This document shows, piece after piece, positions 38,301-48,512 of a DNA stretch of 61,995 nt (the stretch's first letter is position 1; each line of letters opens with the position of its first letter). The translations under genes were made by a program, and so were the position numbers. Origin of the DNA: an uncultured bacterium (GTDB lineage: Bacteria > Eisenbacteria > RBG-16-71-46 > CAIMUX01 > WJJG01). The stretch covers positions 1-61,995 of the forward strand of contig CAZNJE010000025.1 in the NCBI GenBank assembly GCA_964573295.1, given 5' to 3'. The notes below the pieces were generated by a model, which saw only the letters and a program-made list of their open reading frames with translations, had not been told where the DNA came from and did no database searches.

Positions 38301-40283
38301 GCCGCCAGAGGCCGCCGCGAAGGGAATCTCGATCCTACCGTTGCCGTCGGTGTAGCCGCCGGTATGGACTTCTTCACCCTTCCAGATGCAGACGTAGGCA
38401 CCCGCGAGGGGCACGCCGCCGTCGAGCACCTCGACCTGCACCGAGTTCGAGCCCAGTGCGAGCTGCGCGTCGTAGTTGACCGTGAGCGGTTGCGGCACGC
38501 CGGTCCAGATCTCGACAGCGGGGTCGCCCATCAGACTATTCCAATGGATGAAGTAGCGGCAGCGGTTGGTATCCCAGGTGAAGTAGTTGAGATACATCTC
38601 GTACTTCCCGCTCGTAATCGAGGCGCCCAAGCTGAAGTTGTCGTCCATCACGATCGGACGCCAGAGACCATAGGTCAGGCAGTTGTTGTAACGAGTATTC
38701 GTACCGGTGGTGGCCGTTCCTACTGCCCCGATACCGCCGTCCGGATCGTTGGTGCCGCTCCCGGCGCGGATGAAGGCCTCACTACGGCACGCTGAACCCG
38801 TGCCCGAACTGAATGATCCGGTGCCGCATGTGGATATGGTGGCATAGCACAGCTTGCGGCCGTTGGTCAGACCGTAGATGTCACCCTCATCGATGCCGCT
38901 CATGCCGTAGTAGCCGCGGTAGGAAAACGCGCTCGCACCGTTGTTGAGGCTGTTGCGGAAGAGCGTGACATACGGCGAGGTGAAGATCGTATCGACTTCG
39001 GCGTATCCATGGGCCAGCATGCGCTCCTTGAGCCATTGACCGATTTGTACGCAGGTCCAGCCAGACACGCTTGGGTCGCCGAGGACCGATCCGCGGCCGT
39101 ACCAATCGGTGTTGCCCATGTAGGGGGTGGCCTCGTATCCCAGAACCTTGTCGACGTAGCGGGCCACCTCGGTCGTGCTGCCGACCGAGATGCGTCCCAG
39201 GTGCACATCGCACAGGGGGTCATTGCCCTCGAGTTCGGTGTAGGGCTGATCGCCCTCACCGCCGTAGTAGCTGTAGTTTTCGAACCAGGTAGGGAGCGAG
39301 ATCGACCCGTCATGATCTCCAACCAAGCACACGAAGGCGGGTGGGTTCTCCCAGTTATCGTAAGCGTTCTGGATCCAGTTCTTGATCGAGCTGGTGGAGG
39401 TGCCCGTCTCGGATGTGGTGGCCAGCGTGACATCGTACCCGCGGCGGGTGTGCCACTCGACCAGGGGCTGCAGGTAGTTGACCACCGTGGAGTTGTTGGG
39501 GCAGATGATCACGTAGGCGCCCTTGTCGATGACCTGTCCGTCGCGCGGTCCGGTGTAGTTGGGGACCATGCCGCGATACAGCTTGTCGAACGACTCGGGG
39601 ATCACGCGGCGCGTTCGCGTCGGGTTGTTGCGGGTGTCGGTGCCCTCGATGCTGATATCGACATGCATCCGGCGGATGACATTGATGCCGCCGGTATGGG
39701 CATCATAGGTGACGGGATGAAAGGTGATGGGCACGACCCGTAGGTCGCGCGCCACGGCGGGCTCACCCACGATGACCGGCTCCGGTGTCGAGCCGGTCGC
39801 ATTGTACGCTTCCGGATCGATCACGAACGTGGTCCCACCGTCAGCCTGCACGGGCATGGGCCGATACTGGGCCAGGGACATCGTCTCGAAGGTTTTGTAG
39901 CGCACCGTCACCGATGCGTTGTCGGGAATCTGAATGAGGCGTGTGAAGCTCGGCAACATCGGCTCGCCTTCCTCGCCGATGAAACCACCGCCTTCGACCT
40001 CCAGTGCGTGATAGGTGACACCCTCGATCTCGATCGATTGGCTCTCGAGCGCCTGGAGATCGAACTCGAGCGCGACGCGATCCTCGCTCGACTCCAGGAG
40101 CTTGATTTGGGGAGTGGCCTTGGGGGCCGGCTCCTCATCGCCCAATCGAATCGTCTCGGCTTTCCCGTAGGAAAGGGTGCTTTCATCCAACGTCACGAGG
40201 GATGTGGAAGCCGAAACAGGAAGGATGCCGCAGGTGACAACCGCTAGGGTCATGACCATCAGAGCTGCCGGGCCTCGATGCAT
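35370..40283 (-). CDS. C25 gingipain-like multidomain secreted protein with FlgD-Ig C-terminus
   Basis: Signal peptide, C25 propeptide (GEPMLP), LVGD, LGRIS, YRGY, TCGTG, LMGDP, Ig repeats, GPDGYGY module, carboxypeptidase-regulatory-like and jelly-roll domains, WDGRD..GSGIYFYKL. Confidence 0.9.
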   Translation of the reverse strand: MHRGPAALMVMTLAVVTCGILPVSASTSLVTLDESTLSYGKAETIRLGDEEPAPKATPQIKLLESSEDRVALEFDLQALESQSIEIEGVTYHALEVEGGGFIGEEGEPMLPSFTRLIQIPDNASVTVRYKTFETMSLAQYRPMPVQADGGTTFVIDPEAYNATGSTPEPVIVGEPAVARDLRVVPITFHPVTYDAHTGGINVIRRMHVDISIEGTDTRNNPTRTRRVIPESFDKLYRGMVPNYTGPRDGQVIDKGAYVIICPNNSTVVNYLQPLVEWHTRRGYDVTLATTSETGTSTSSIKNWIQNAYDNWENPPAFVCLVGDHDGSISLPTWFENYSYYGGEGDQPYTELEGNDPLCDVHLGRISVGSTTEVARYVDKVLGYEATPYMGNTDWYGRGSVLGDPSVSGWTCVQIGQWLKERMLAHGYAEVDTIFTSPYVTLFRNSLNNGASAFSYRGYYGMSGIDEGDIYGLTNGRKLCYATISTCGTGSFSSGTGSACRSEAFIRAGSGTNDPDGGIGAVGTATTGTNTRYNNCLTYGLWRPIVMDDNFSLGASITSGKYEMYLNYFTWDTNRCRYFIHWNSLMGDPAVEIWTGVPQPLTVNYDAQLALGSNSVQVEVLDGGVPLAGAYVCIWKGEEVHTGGYTDGNGRIEIPFAAASGGEMLVTVTAHNFIPHLGSLSIGQQSRFVAQHSYVIDDDGSGGSSGNGNGVLNPSETIELPVEVKNFGSQTVTGLTGTLTCNDPYVTIIDGNESFPDLAPGATGWSQEDFDIQIAPGTPHGHVIMLGLDVASGTSSWHSVIEIPVVAPSFSYYGETLYGLGTQVDPGESGQISVVIYNAGGETASGITGTLSARSQWLSVTDPNGAWSNIGPGSQGENTNNTFGISAAPECYHGHVANMELVLTFNGGARDTLFFAIPVGTRSSDDPSGPDGYGYYAFDNTDTDYEHAPTYDWVEISPNFGGPGTAVGLGDYGNQGDDTMTLDLPFEFQYYGETFNRLSICSNGWIAMGYTYITNYRNWNIPSAGAPAYMIAPWWDNLCQSGSDKVYHHHDAAGHRYIIEWDNVRSVLDTNPSSYRQKFQIILYDPAHHETDTGDGMILFQYNTVNNVDNQQQYATAGIMNGENTDGVLYEYFDHPGPGAAPVVAGRAVLFMPLADLPSGTLNGVVYNASDGNAPLENATITVLESGVQMTSGPDGTFGTDLEPGYYHVVADHVSFEADTLYPIVITEDEITNIPYFLHDDMAPIFTETTVYANTMDTSGPYEIYSTVTEYSSFGDLSLHYNAHGSGWTTVPMSLVEGSLYKADIPGQPYTSYVAYYLTAADAAGNASKDPHGAPYQRYDFWVMPPIFEDDMEAGVGTWSHMVVTDGFVDQWHQSATRNHTLGGSTSWKFGDAGSGDYANLSDGALVSEAFAVGGTATISFWHWMEAEQSGTYPNEAYDGGLIEMSINQGSWNRVTPVGGYTHSIRHGSSDPGPFPVGTPVYSGAFGWTEGQIVLEGVEGSVRLRFRFGSDGGTAAEGWYIDDVSVISDSPSPSGNDDLELIPTRLALHQCTPNPFGARDSGTSIRFDLPQSTPAKLQIFDTNGRLVRTLIDGGLPAGQHSVRWDGRDAHDFQVGSGIYFYKLEANGTLHSRQLLVLR

Positions 40284-40401
40284 GGAATCCTCCTCCGCTA
40301 GATCCTATGCGCGTACAGGTGGAAACTCCAATCCCCCCGCGCTCGGATCACAATGCTGCCGCCCTTGGGGACGACCTTTGCGAACGGCATGGTTCCTAGT
40401 A

Positions 40402-40431
40402 ATGATACCAGTTCCGGGCTCCAGATTTGAA
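40402..40431 (-). promoter_or_regulatory. sigma70-like extended -10 promoter of the C25 gene
   Basis: TTCAAA-18nt-TATCAT with TGn, about 120 nt upstream of the ATG. Confidence 0.4.
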
Positions 40432-40564
40432 GGCTATGTACCGCGTTGGGAGGCAATTCAAGAATCGGATGTCGGAAGGGGGAATCCGGCGGGGGGGTGG
40501 ATGCAGAATAGATGCAGATGGACCACCGGCGATTGGGGTTCCCGGCTGGGGAAGCCGCGCCCGA

Positions 40565-40676
40565 CGCTCTCCTGGCCGGTCGCCCTCCTGGCCGGTCACT
40601 CTCCTGACCGGTCACTCTCCTGACCGGTCGCCCTCCTGGTGTGTCGTCCTCCTGGCGTGTTGCCCTCCTGGCCAGC
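40565..40676. repeat. 16-bp tandem repeat x7 (CRCYCTCCTGRCCGGT)
   Basis: Lies in a divergent intergenic region. Confidence 0.9.
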
Positions 40677-40807
40677 CGCTGCCCTCGCTCCCCGCGCAGA
40701 TTCGGAATCCGGCATCCGATGCATTCGGCGAATGGATGCGTACTGTGGTATACTGTCACGTGTTCCGAAGCATCGAGAACCGGCACCATCTTTTAAGGAG
40801 GATGAGG

Positions 40808-42490
40808 ATGAGGACGGTAAGAGCAACCTGTGGGCTGGCCTTTGCCTTGCTAGTCTTCGCGGGGATCGCCTCGGGCGACATTCTGTATGTGCCCGGCGAG
40901 TTTGGGACGATTCAGGAGGCAGTCGACGCCGCCCAATACGGCGACGAGATCGAGATCGCCGCTGGAACCTATGATGACGTAACGCATTATGCGAATGTGC
41001 CAGACGACTCGACCCTCTGTGTCGTCGTGATGAAGTCGGGAATCACCCTGCGTGGCGCCGGGGCCGATCAGACCTTCATCGATGCGGATTCCACCGGACG
41101 CGGCATCTTCGCTCTCGCATGCCAGGACATCGTGATCGAGGACCTGGCGGTGACCCGCGGTTTCGCGGAAGTCTATGGGGCGGGGATCCTTGCCGACAGC
41201 TGCAATGTCGTCATCCGGCGCGTGGATGCGTCCGGAAACCACGACGGAGCCATCACGCTCCTGCACGGCTCCTATGCCGAGATCTCGCAGTGCACGATGA
41301 CGAACAACGCCGCCAAGTCAGGCAGCGGTCTGGACGTGGGCCTGGAGTGCGAGGCCTACGTCTATCAGTGTGAGATCAGCAACAACGGGGCTCCGTTCGC
41401 GGCGGGGGCCCGCTTACGAGGGAAGGTGCGCCTCGAAGAGTGCGTGTTCGAGTTCAATGAAACCGACATCGGTTCCAATCTCGAGGGAGGCGGCCTCCTC
41501 ATCAAGAGCGGGGCCGAGGTTCTCTTGCTCAACTGCGATATCAGTAACAACATAGCGAGTGGCAACGGCGGCGGCATTGCCATCACCGACGAAGGCACGT
41601 TTGTCGAACTCGCCTACTGCACGATTCGCAATAACGTCAACAGCGGTGAGGAAGGCTATGGCGGCGGCGTCTACGTGGGCAACGACGCTTCGGCCGAGCT
41701 GCGCTGGTGCCTGATTGCCGGCAACACGACGACCGGTCTCTTCGCCAATGGTGGCGGTGTGGCGGCCGATTACTCGAGTCTCAAGATGGAGAACTGCACG
41801 CTCTACGCGAACGCATCCGAGGGTATGGCACCTTATGGTGGTGATGGCGCGCAGTTCGGATTCTGGTGGCTTGGCGACCAGCACTCGATCCAGATCAGCC
41901 ATTGTATCATGACTGACTCGCCGGAGGGCCAGAGCACAGTTTACTGTAGTGGTGCTCCTGGGCTGCTCGAGATCACGTGCTGCGATGTATGGAACAATGC
42001 CGGCGGCGATGAGATCTGCGATATCGTGGACGAGAGCAATTTTTCGGCCGATCCGCTCTATTGCGACGCGGCCGGCGGGAACTTCTTCCTTCAATCCATG
42101 TCGCCCTGCGCGCCCGGAAACCACCCGGGTGGCCCGGACATGTGCGGCGGGACGCTGATCGGCGCCTATCGGGCGAGCTGTACGACCGATGTGGCCGATC
42201 CGGGATTCACCTCGCACGGCTTGCTGCTCGGCAATGAGCCGAACCCGTTCCAGAGTGGCACGGCGATCCGCTATCAGCTCGCCGACGAAAGCGAGGTCAC
42301 GCTGGAAGTATTCGACCTGTCTGGCCGCCGGGTGGCCGTTTTGCAGGACGGCATTCAGAGTGCCGGCATGCATCTGGCGCACTGGGACGGTGCGCTGGAC
42401 AGCGGCGAGCATGCGCCGGCCGGTGTTTACTTCTACCAGCTGCGCGCGGGAGAGAACGTGCAGGGCATGCGCATGCTGAGGCTGCGCTAG
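40808..42490 (+). CDS. secreted right-handed parallel beta-helix protein with FlgD-Ig C-terminus
   Basis: Signal peptide, TIQEAVDAA..GD, N.A..GGG repeats, DPLYC, SPC, PNPF..WDG...GVYFYQL. AAGGAGG RBS (40802 is an alternative start). Confidence 0.88.
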   Translation: MRTVRATCGLAFALLVFAGIASGDILYVPGEFGTIQEAVDAAQYGDEIEIAAGTYDDVTHYANVPDDSTLCVVVMKSGITLRGAGADQTFIDADSTGRGIFALACQDIVIEDLAVTRGFAEVYGAGILADSCNVVIRRVDASGNHDGAITLLHGSYAEISQCTMTNNAAKSGSGLDVGLECEAYVYQCEISNNGAPFAAGARLRGKVRLEECVFEFNETDIGSNLEGGGLLIKSGAEVLLLNCDISNNIASGNGGGIAITDEGTFVELAYCTIRNNVNSGEEGYGGGVYVGNDASAELRWCLIAGNTTTGLFANGGGVAADYSSLKMENCTLYANASEGMAPYGGDGAQFGFWWLGDQHSIQISHCIMTDSPEGQSTVYCSGAPGLLEITCCDVWNNAGGDEICDIVDESNFSADPLYCDAAGGNFFLQSMSPCAPGNHPGGPDMCGGTLIGAYRASCTTDVADPGFTSHGLLLGNEPNPFQSGTAIRYQLADESEVTLEVFDLSGRRVAVLQDGIQSAGMHLAHWDGALDSGEHAPAGVYFYQLRAGENVQGMRMLRLR

Positions 42491-42517
42491 TGTCATGCGG
42501 CCCCAGCGCCAGTGCCA

Positions 42518-42641
42518 CGGAACCGGAACCGGAACCGGAACCGGATGCGGGCCGGACGCGGGCCGGTGTGTCTGTGCGTAGTCTTCGCGCGGGCCGGTGT
42601 GTCTGTGCGTAGTCTGTGCGCGGGCCGGTGTGTCTGTGCGT
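42518..42641. repeat. 6-bp x4 (CGGAAC) followed by 31-bp x~3 tandem repeats
   Basis: CGCGGGCCGGTGTGTCTGTGCGTAGTCT units at 42557, 42588 and 42619. Confidence 0.9.
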
Positions 42642-43145
42642 GGGCTGGTTGACGAACGGCACTCGTCGTAGAACGAACGCAGCGGACTGATCGCTTCTCG
42701 GTCCCGGGGGCCCGCCTCAAGGTGGGCCTCCGGCCGTTTCGTGGCCGGAAGGCTGTCGTCGCGAAGTGGCCTTGGATTAGATCGGTCCTAAACAAATGCC
42801 TACCATGGGCTTAGCAATCCTGTCCCTCTTAGACCGGATGGCTGCGCCCCAGGATCCCTCAAACCGCGTGGGTGGGCACACCCCCTCGTGTCGGCTCCCG
42901 CTCACCGCAGCAACCGCAAAGCCAATGAATGCAACTATATGGCCTCTACGGGAAGGGCTTCTCAACTGGTGCGACCCCGCCCTCATTCCGCCTATATTGA
43001 TGCCTCTATATCTGGCGTAACTGCCGTGCTAGAATGCCCCTTTGCCGCGCTTCAGGTGGGCGTGGGACAAGGGGCGTCGCGGTCGGAGCGCAAGGTGCGC
43101 TCGCCGCCAATCATCATGCTCACATCATCTGTACGGGGGGGAATC

Positions 43146-46100
43146 ATGACCCGTAGTCGGGGCCTTTCGCAGGCCGTGCTGGCAACTCTGGGACTGACCG
43201 CTTTTGTCGCCATGGGTTTCTTGGCCGCGACCACCGTGGCCACACCCGCCCGAGCCGCATCTGGCACAGCCATGGCGGCGGCTGCAGAGCCGGTCATGGT
43301 GCGTTCGGTATCGGGTGAGGTGGCGGTATGGAGCCAGTGGGTGACCCTGCCTCGCGGAACAGAACAGGTCGAGGCCGAGGATCTCGGTCTTCAGGTGAGT
43401 GGACAGCAGTACACACTACCGGAGGGCACGTCGATCAGCCGGGTCATGATCATGCGGGGGCAGCCCGGATGTGTGGTCTCCGTGCCTGAGGCTGACCTGC
43501 CGTTCGATCCCGAGACCCATGCTGAGCCACGTGTGCAATGGGAGGGAACGCCGACGGGTAGCGGGGACGGTTTCTCGCGCTACCAGCTGCTGGGTAGGCC
43601 CGGGGAGGAACCGGCCCATGATGCGGGCTGCTACCTCATCGTTGCCGGAGACGCTTTCGTTCCCAGCCTTGCGAGCCTGGTCGAGTGGAAGGGCCAGGAA
43701 GGCTACGACGTGCGCATCTACGCCATGGGTGAGATCGGGAATACGGTCAACGAACTCCAGGATTTCATCCAGAACGCTTACGACACCTGGGACAACCCGC
43801 CGCTGTACGTCTTGCTGGTAGGCGACGTGGAGCACGTGCCCACCCACGATGTGCTCAGCAACGTCTCCGACCATCCCTACGCGTGCGTGGACGGAGACGA
43901 CTGGATGGCGGACCTGTACATCGGCCGTCTTTCGGTCAAGACGACCTCCGACGTCGCCACACAGGTTGCCAAGACGGTGGGCTACCAGAAGACGCCCCAT
44001 ATGGACGGGTCGAACTGGTTCAACCGTTCGCTCATGGTGGCAGGCAACTCCGGGTCCTCGACGCCGGTGTCGACGTGCCGCTGGGTGGCCGATCAGCTCC
44101 AAGATATCGGCCAGCAACGAGCCGATAGCTGTTACTTCCCTCCGATTCGCAATGGAGTCACCGAGATCACCCAGGTGGTGGATGAAGGCGTAAGCATTGT
44201 GGCCTATCGCGGGTGGGCATATGGCGACCGGGGCTGGGAGCCGCCCCGCTTCACGACCGATGAGATTCCCGGCCTGAACAATGTCTGGAAACTCCCGGTC
44301 GTCTTCAGCCTGGTCTGCCACACCGGCAATTACGGGAACCCGCAGGAGGACTGCTTCGGCGAGTCCTGGCTCAAGGCCGGAACGGCCGAAGCACCTACCG
44401 GCGCGGTGGGCTTCTTCGGGACCGGCGAGCACTGGTCGCACTCGCGCTGGAATGATCAGATGATCATCGGTGTCTTCGAGGCCTTCACGCATCTCGGTGT
44501 TCGCGAGATGGGCCACCTGATGGTCGCGACCAAGGTCGGACTCATTACCCAGTTCCCGAGCGAATTGCACATGGGTCCCGAACACGAAGAAGAAGCGGTC
44601 GAGTATTACAACTACATCTACAACTTGCTGGGCGATCCCAGTCTGAGTGTGTGGACTGACAGGCCGCGCCCCCTCACGGTGACTCACCCCGAGCAACTCG
44701 TCGCGGGCCAGGACTTCTTGTCGGTAACGGTGATGGAAGATGACGGTGTCACGCCGGTACCCGGCGCGCGCGTAGCCATTTCCCAGAACGGGAATCCGGT
44801 GGGCTATGCGCTCACCGATGAGACCGGCCATGTCGATGTGTGTGTGAGCCTGGAGGGTGACAACGCGGCCCTGATCACGGTGACGGGTGAGAACATCTAT
44901 CCCTATCAGGAGAATCTGCCGCTACACACTGAGGAAGACTACGTGGTGTGCACGGCCGCGGCGGTGGCGGGGGGCGTTCCGGCGCTACCGGGTGCGACGG
45001 TTTCGATCGATCTGACGATCGCAAACACCGGCAGCCAGACGGCCTTCGGGATTGCCGGTACCGTTACGGCACCCGCGGGTGTCACCCTCGCCGAGGATAG
45101 TTTCGAGATCGCCTCGCTGAACGCCGGTGCAGCGACCACGCTGAGCGGAGCGATCTCGGCGACCTTCGATCCCGCTCTCGAGAATGGAAGGCGGCTGCGC
45201 TTCCGAGTCAGCTGTGATGCGGGGGGGGACGACGATCTCAGCGAATGCTGGCTGCAGCTCCAGGCGCCCGAGCTTACCTGCGAGGCCCTTTCCGATGGGG
45301 AGGACGACATCTTCGATCCGGGTGAGCCGGTGAGCCTGACAATGACCCTGGGCAACCGGGGTCTGGAGGCGGGCGCGCTCAGCATGCTCCTGCGCGCCTT
45401 GGTGCCGGATCTGGTCACGGTGACCGATTCGACAGCTGCGATGCCGGGGGTCCCCGAGAACGGACAGGCCGAACACGCGGGCGATCCGTTTGCTCTCGAG
45501 ATCGATGAGTCGGTTGCCGTGGGCACGCCCGTCCCGATGGAGCTGGTGGTCACGCATGCTCAAGGGCCCGTGACGAGGCTTCCCATCACCTTGGTCGCCG
45601 GTCTCGTGGACTTCAGCGCGCCTACCGGACCCGACGCTTATGGCTATTACGCCTACGACAGCGCTGACATCGACTACCGAGGCCAGGCGCCGGTCTATCG
45701 CTGGATCGAGTGCTCGCCGCGCTTCGGGGGCGAGGGCACGCTGCTCAATCCGTTCTACGACAACATCCTCGGGGTGGTACTCGAGCTGCCTTTCCCCTTC
45801 ACCTACTATGGGGTGGAGTACGATTCGATCCGCGTGCACGAGAACGGCTGGATTGCGTTCGATACCAGCTGGTGGTACGACATTCGCAACTGGAATATTC
45901 CGGGTGAATGGGGCAGTGCTTGCCAGGTGGCACCCTTCTGGGACAACCTCGTGCCCCCGCTATCGAGCGATGATCCGATCTCGGATGGGATCTATGCGTA
46001 TCACGATGAGGAGAACCACTGCTTCGTGCTCGAGTGGAGCCGGTTGCCGAACTACGAAGAGGCCATCACGGACGATTACCAGACATTCCAGGTCGTATTA

Positions 46101-46919
46101 CGTCATCCGGACCACTATGTGACCCCGACCGGAGACGGCGAGATCATCTTCCAGTACAAGCAGATCGTCAATGATGACCACATCAAGATGTTTTCCACCG
46201 TGGGCATCGAGGATCACACCGAAACGGTTGGGATCGAGTATTCGTACGACAACCTGTATGCGCTCGGAGCGGCACCACTGGCCCCGGGATTGGCCATCAA
46301 GTTCACGACCGACCCGCCGGTACGTCAGGCGATCGAGCTGGCTCACTTCGATGTCTTGGCGGGAGGCCCGGTTGCCAACGGACAGGCCGGTCTCGAGCTG
46401 CGGTGGCAGTACGACGACGAGCGGCCGTTCGAGCGGTTTCATCTGGAACGTGCTGCGGAGGAAGGCGGACGCTTTGAGCGTTTGACGGAGACCGGCCTGG
46501 CGCCGATCTCCGGGCGGCACCTCGATGCCACGGCGGATCCGTCGCAAGACTACACGTACCGCATGGTGGGCCTGGATCGTTTCGGGAAGGAACGGGTCTT
46601 GGGCGAGGTGAGCTATTTGGCCGGCACCACGCACGGACCTATCCTCCGCGCGGCGACTGGACCGGTGCTGCACGGGGAGACGACGCTTCGCTACAGTGCC
46701 GGGACTTCGGACTTGGAGAGTCTGGAGGTCATCGACATCGCGGGCCGGCGCGTGCGGAATCTCTTCCGGGACGCATCCGGCGCGGCGCGCCCGGCCGCTG
46801 GCGAGGTGGTTTGGGACGGGCGCGACGACAGCGGCCGTCCGCTTCCGGGCGGGCTCTACTGGGTCCGCCTGCGCACCCAGGAGGAGATGCGGAGTCTACG
46901 GCTCGTGATCGTGAGGTAG
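43146..46919 (+). CDS. second C25 gingipain-like secreted protein with FlgD-Ig C-terminus
   Basis: Signal peptide, LLVGD, IGRLS, YRGW, VCHTG, CFGESW, NLLGDP, GPDAYGY module, WDGRDDSG..GGLYWVRL. Confidence 0.88.
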   Translation: MTRSRGLSQAVLATLGLTAFVAMGFLAATTVATPARAASGTAMAAAAEPVMVRSVSGEVAVWSQWVTLPRGTEQVEAEDLGLQVSGQQYTLPEGTSISRVMIMRGQPGCVVSVPEADLPFDPETHAEPRVQWEGTPTGSGDGFSRYQLLGRPGEEPAHDAGCYLIVAGDAFVPSLASLVEWKGQEGYDVRIYAMGEIGNTVNELQDFIQNAYDTWDNPPLYVLLVGDVEHVPTHDVLSNVSDHPYACVDGDDWMADLYIGRLSVKTTSDVATQVAKTVGYQKTPHMDGSNWFNRSLMVAGNSGSSTPVSTCRWVADQLQDIGQQRADSCYFPPIRNGVTEITQVVDEGVSIVAYRGWAYGDRGWEPPRFTTDEIPGLNNVWKLPVVFSLVCHTGNYGNPQEDCFGESWLKAGTAEAPTGAVGFFGTGEHWSHSRWNDQMIIGVFEAFTHLGVREMGHLMVATKVGLITQFPSELHMGPEHEEEAVEYYNYIYNLLGDPSLSVWTDRPRPLTVTHPEQLVAGQDFLSVTVMEDDGVTPVPGARVAISQNGNPVGYALTDETGHVDVCVSLEGDNAALITVTGENIYPYQENLPLHTEEDYVVCTAAAVAGGVPALPGATVSIDLTIANTGSQTAFGIAGTVTAPAGVTLAEDSFEIASLNAGAATTLSGAISATFDPALENGRRLRFRVSCDAGGDDDLSECWLQLQAPELTCEALSDGEDDIFDPGEPVSLTMTLGNRGLEAGALSMLLRALVPDLVTVTDSTAAMPGVPENGQAEHAGDPFALEIDESVAVGTPVPMELVVTHAQGPVTRLPITLVAGLVDFSAPTGPDAYGYYAYDSADIDYRGQAPVYRWIECSPRFGGEGTLLNPFYDNILGVVLELPFPFTYYGVEYDSIRVHENGWIAFDTSWWYDIRNWNIPGEWGSACQVAPFWDNLVPPLSSDDPISDGIYAYHDEENHCFVLEWSRLPNYEEAITDDYQTFQVVLRHPDHYVTPTGDGEIIFQYKQIVNDDHIKMFSTVGIEDHTETVGIEYSYDNLYALGAAPLAPGLAIKFTTDPPVRQAIELAHFDVLAGGPVANGQAGLELRWQYDDERPFERFHLERAAEEGGRFERLTETGLAPISGRHLDATADPSQDYTYRMVGLDRFGKERVLGEVSYLAGTTHGPILRAATGPVLHGETTLRYSAGTSDLESLEVIDIAGRRVRNLFRDASGAARPAAGEVVWDGRDDSGRPLPGGLYWVRLRTQEEMRSLRLVIVR

Positions 46920-46979
46920 GACCGGGACGAACGAGGCGCGGTCTGTTCGCCCATCATCGGGACCGAGGGAGGTCGAACC

Positions 46980-48512
46980 ATGGACCGGATGTCAGCGGAT
47001 CGGGGGGCGCGACGTCGAATGCGGGTGGACCGTCCCTCTAGACGGACCTTTCTGAAGGGGCTGGGCGCCGGCGCGGCCTTGCTCGCCTGTCCGAGTTGGG
47101 TCCGCGAGACCTACGCGATGAGCGGCCGCGGCATGCCGGGCCCGCCTGAGATGGAAGCCATCTTGCTCAAGGCGCTGGCACGCGGCGGTCAGTATGCTGA
47201 CCTCTTTCTCGAGACGCGCCTCTCTACCCACATCGCCATGACCGGTGGCGAGGTCGACGGCCTCGAATACGGAGTCTTGCTTGGCGGCGGGGTGCGCACG
47301 ATCGTGGGCGAGAAGAGCGGTTTCGCCTACGCCGAGAGCTTCGATGTGGATGAGCTCGCCGCCGTGGCCGAGTCCGCAGCGCTCATCGCCTCCGGCGGAG
47401 GTGGCCGCAGCGTCGTCCCCGTGCGGCAGAGTAGCGTCCCTGAGATCGTACGGGCCCACGAGGCCATCAGCGATGTGGAGGTGGCCGCCAAGGTCGAGAT
47501 TCTCAGGCGCGTGGACGAGGCGGCGCGAGCGGTTTCGCCGCACATCAAGCAGGTACGCATCGATTATCAAGACGCTACCCAGACCTTCCGCTTGGCGCAT
47601 TCGGACGGCGCCTTCTACGACGATGAGTTGCCCATCATCTATCTGCGCGTCAACGTGAGTGCGGAGCGTGATGGCGGTACGGCCGAAGGCATGCGGCGCG
47701 TCTCCGGACGACAGGGCATGGAGCTTCTTGCCGGCACCGCGCCGGAGGACGCCGGACGTGAAGCAGCCGAGCAAGCCATCCGGATGCTCGCGGCGCAGCC
47801 GGCGCCCACCGGCGAGTTGCCACTGGTGATCGCGGCGGGGGGCGGTGTGATGTTCCACGAAGCGGTGGGCCACGGGCTCGAGGCCGACGCCGTGCTGCGC
47901 GAGGCCACGGTCTTCGCCGGACGCATTGGAGAACCGGTGGCTTCCGAGCATGTGACGCTCTATGACGACGGGACGATTCCGGGTGCGCGCGGCAGCATCA
48001 ATATTGATGACGAGGGGACGCTGGCCAAGAAGACCCTCCTGATCGAGAAGGGCATCCTGCGCGGCTACATGCAGGACCGTCGCACGGCGATGAACATGGG
48101 CGCCGAGCCCACGGGCAACGGCCGCCGCCAGTCATTCCGGTATCCAGCAATCCCGCGCATGACGAACACCAACCTGGCGCGCGGCGCCGATCTCCCCGAG
48201 GAGATCATCCGCGACACACGTAACGGCATCTACGCGGTCAGCTTCGGCGGTGGCGAAGTCGATCCGGGCAGTGGGCAGTTCACCTTCGGTTTGCGTGAGG
48301 CCTATCTGATCGAAGACGGTCGCGTGACGGCCCCGATCAAGGGTGCGATGCTGGTCGGATCCGGCCCGGAGGTACTCACCCGCATCGATCGGGTGGCAAA
48401 CGACTTCGATGCCTGGCCGGGTACCTGTGGCAAGGCCGACCAGTGGGTGCCGGTAACCTCGGGATGCCCGACCTTGCGCATCGAGCGTATCACGGTGGGT
48501 GGAACGGCGTAG
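46980..48512 (+). CDS. tldD: TldD metalloprotease with twin-arginine signal peptide
   Basis: SRRTFLK plus h-region, FHEAVGHGLE, DDEG, TGNGRR, PRMTNT, CGK. Confidence 0.92.
   Translation: MDRMSADRGARRRMRVDRPSRRTFLKGLGAGAALLACPSWVRETYAMSGRGMPGPPEMEAILLKALARGGQYADLFLETRLSTHIAMTGGEVDGLEYGVLLGGGVRTIVGEKSGFAYAESFDVDELAAVAESAALIASGGGGRSVVPVRQSSVPEIVRAHEAISDVEVAAKVEILRRVDEAARAVSPHIKQVRIDYQDATQTFRLAHSDGAFYDDELPIIYLRVNVSAERDGGTAEGMRRVSGRQGMELLAGTAPEDAGREAAEQAIRMLAAQPAPTGELPLVIAAGGGVMFHEAVGHGLEADAVLREATVFAGRIGEPVASEHVTLYDDGTIPGARGSINIDDEGTLAKKTLLIEKGILRGYMQDRRTAMNMGAEPTGNGRRQSFRYPAIPRMTNTNLARGADLPEEIIRDTRNGIYAVSFGGGEVDPGSGQFTFGLREAYLIEDGRVTAPIKGAMLVGSGPEVLTRIDRVANDFDAWPGTCGKADQWVPVTSGCPTLRIERITVGGTA

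Noticed and set aside
40415-40440. tRNA-Sec anticodon loop (CTTCAAA on the minus strand)
   Set aside because: No anticodon stem, T-arm or acceptor stem.
42798-42850. c-di-GMP-I riboswitch-like string on the minus strand (GGGGCGCA-GCC..CCGGTCTAAG..ATGGTAG)
   Set aside because: It lacks the GGCAAA/GNRA stem and the closing pairing, and has no downstream gene on that strand. At most a remnant.
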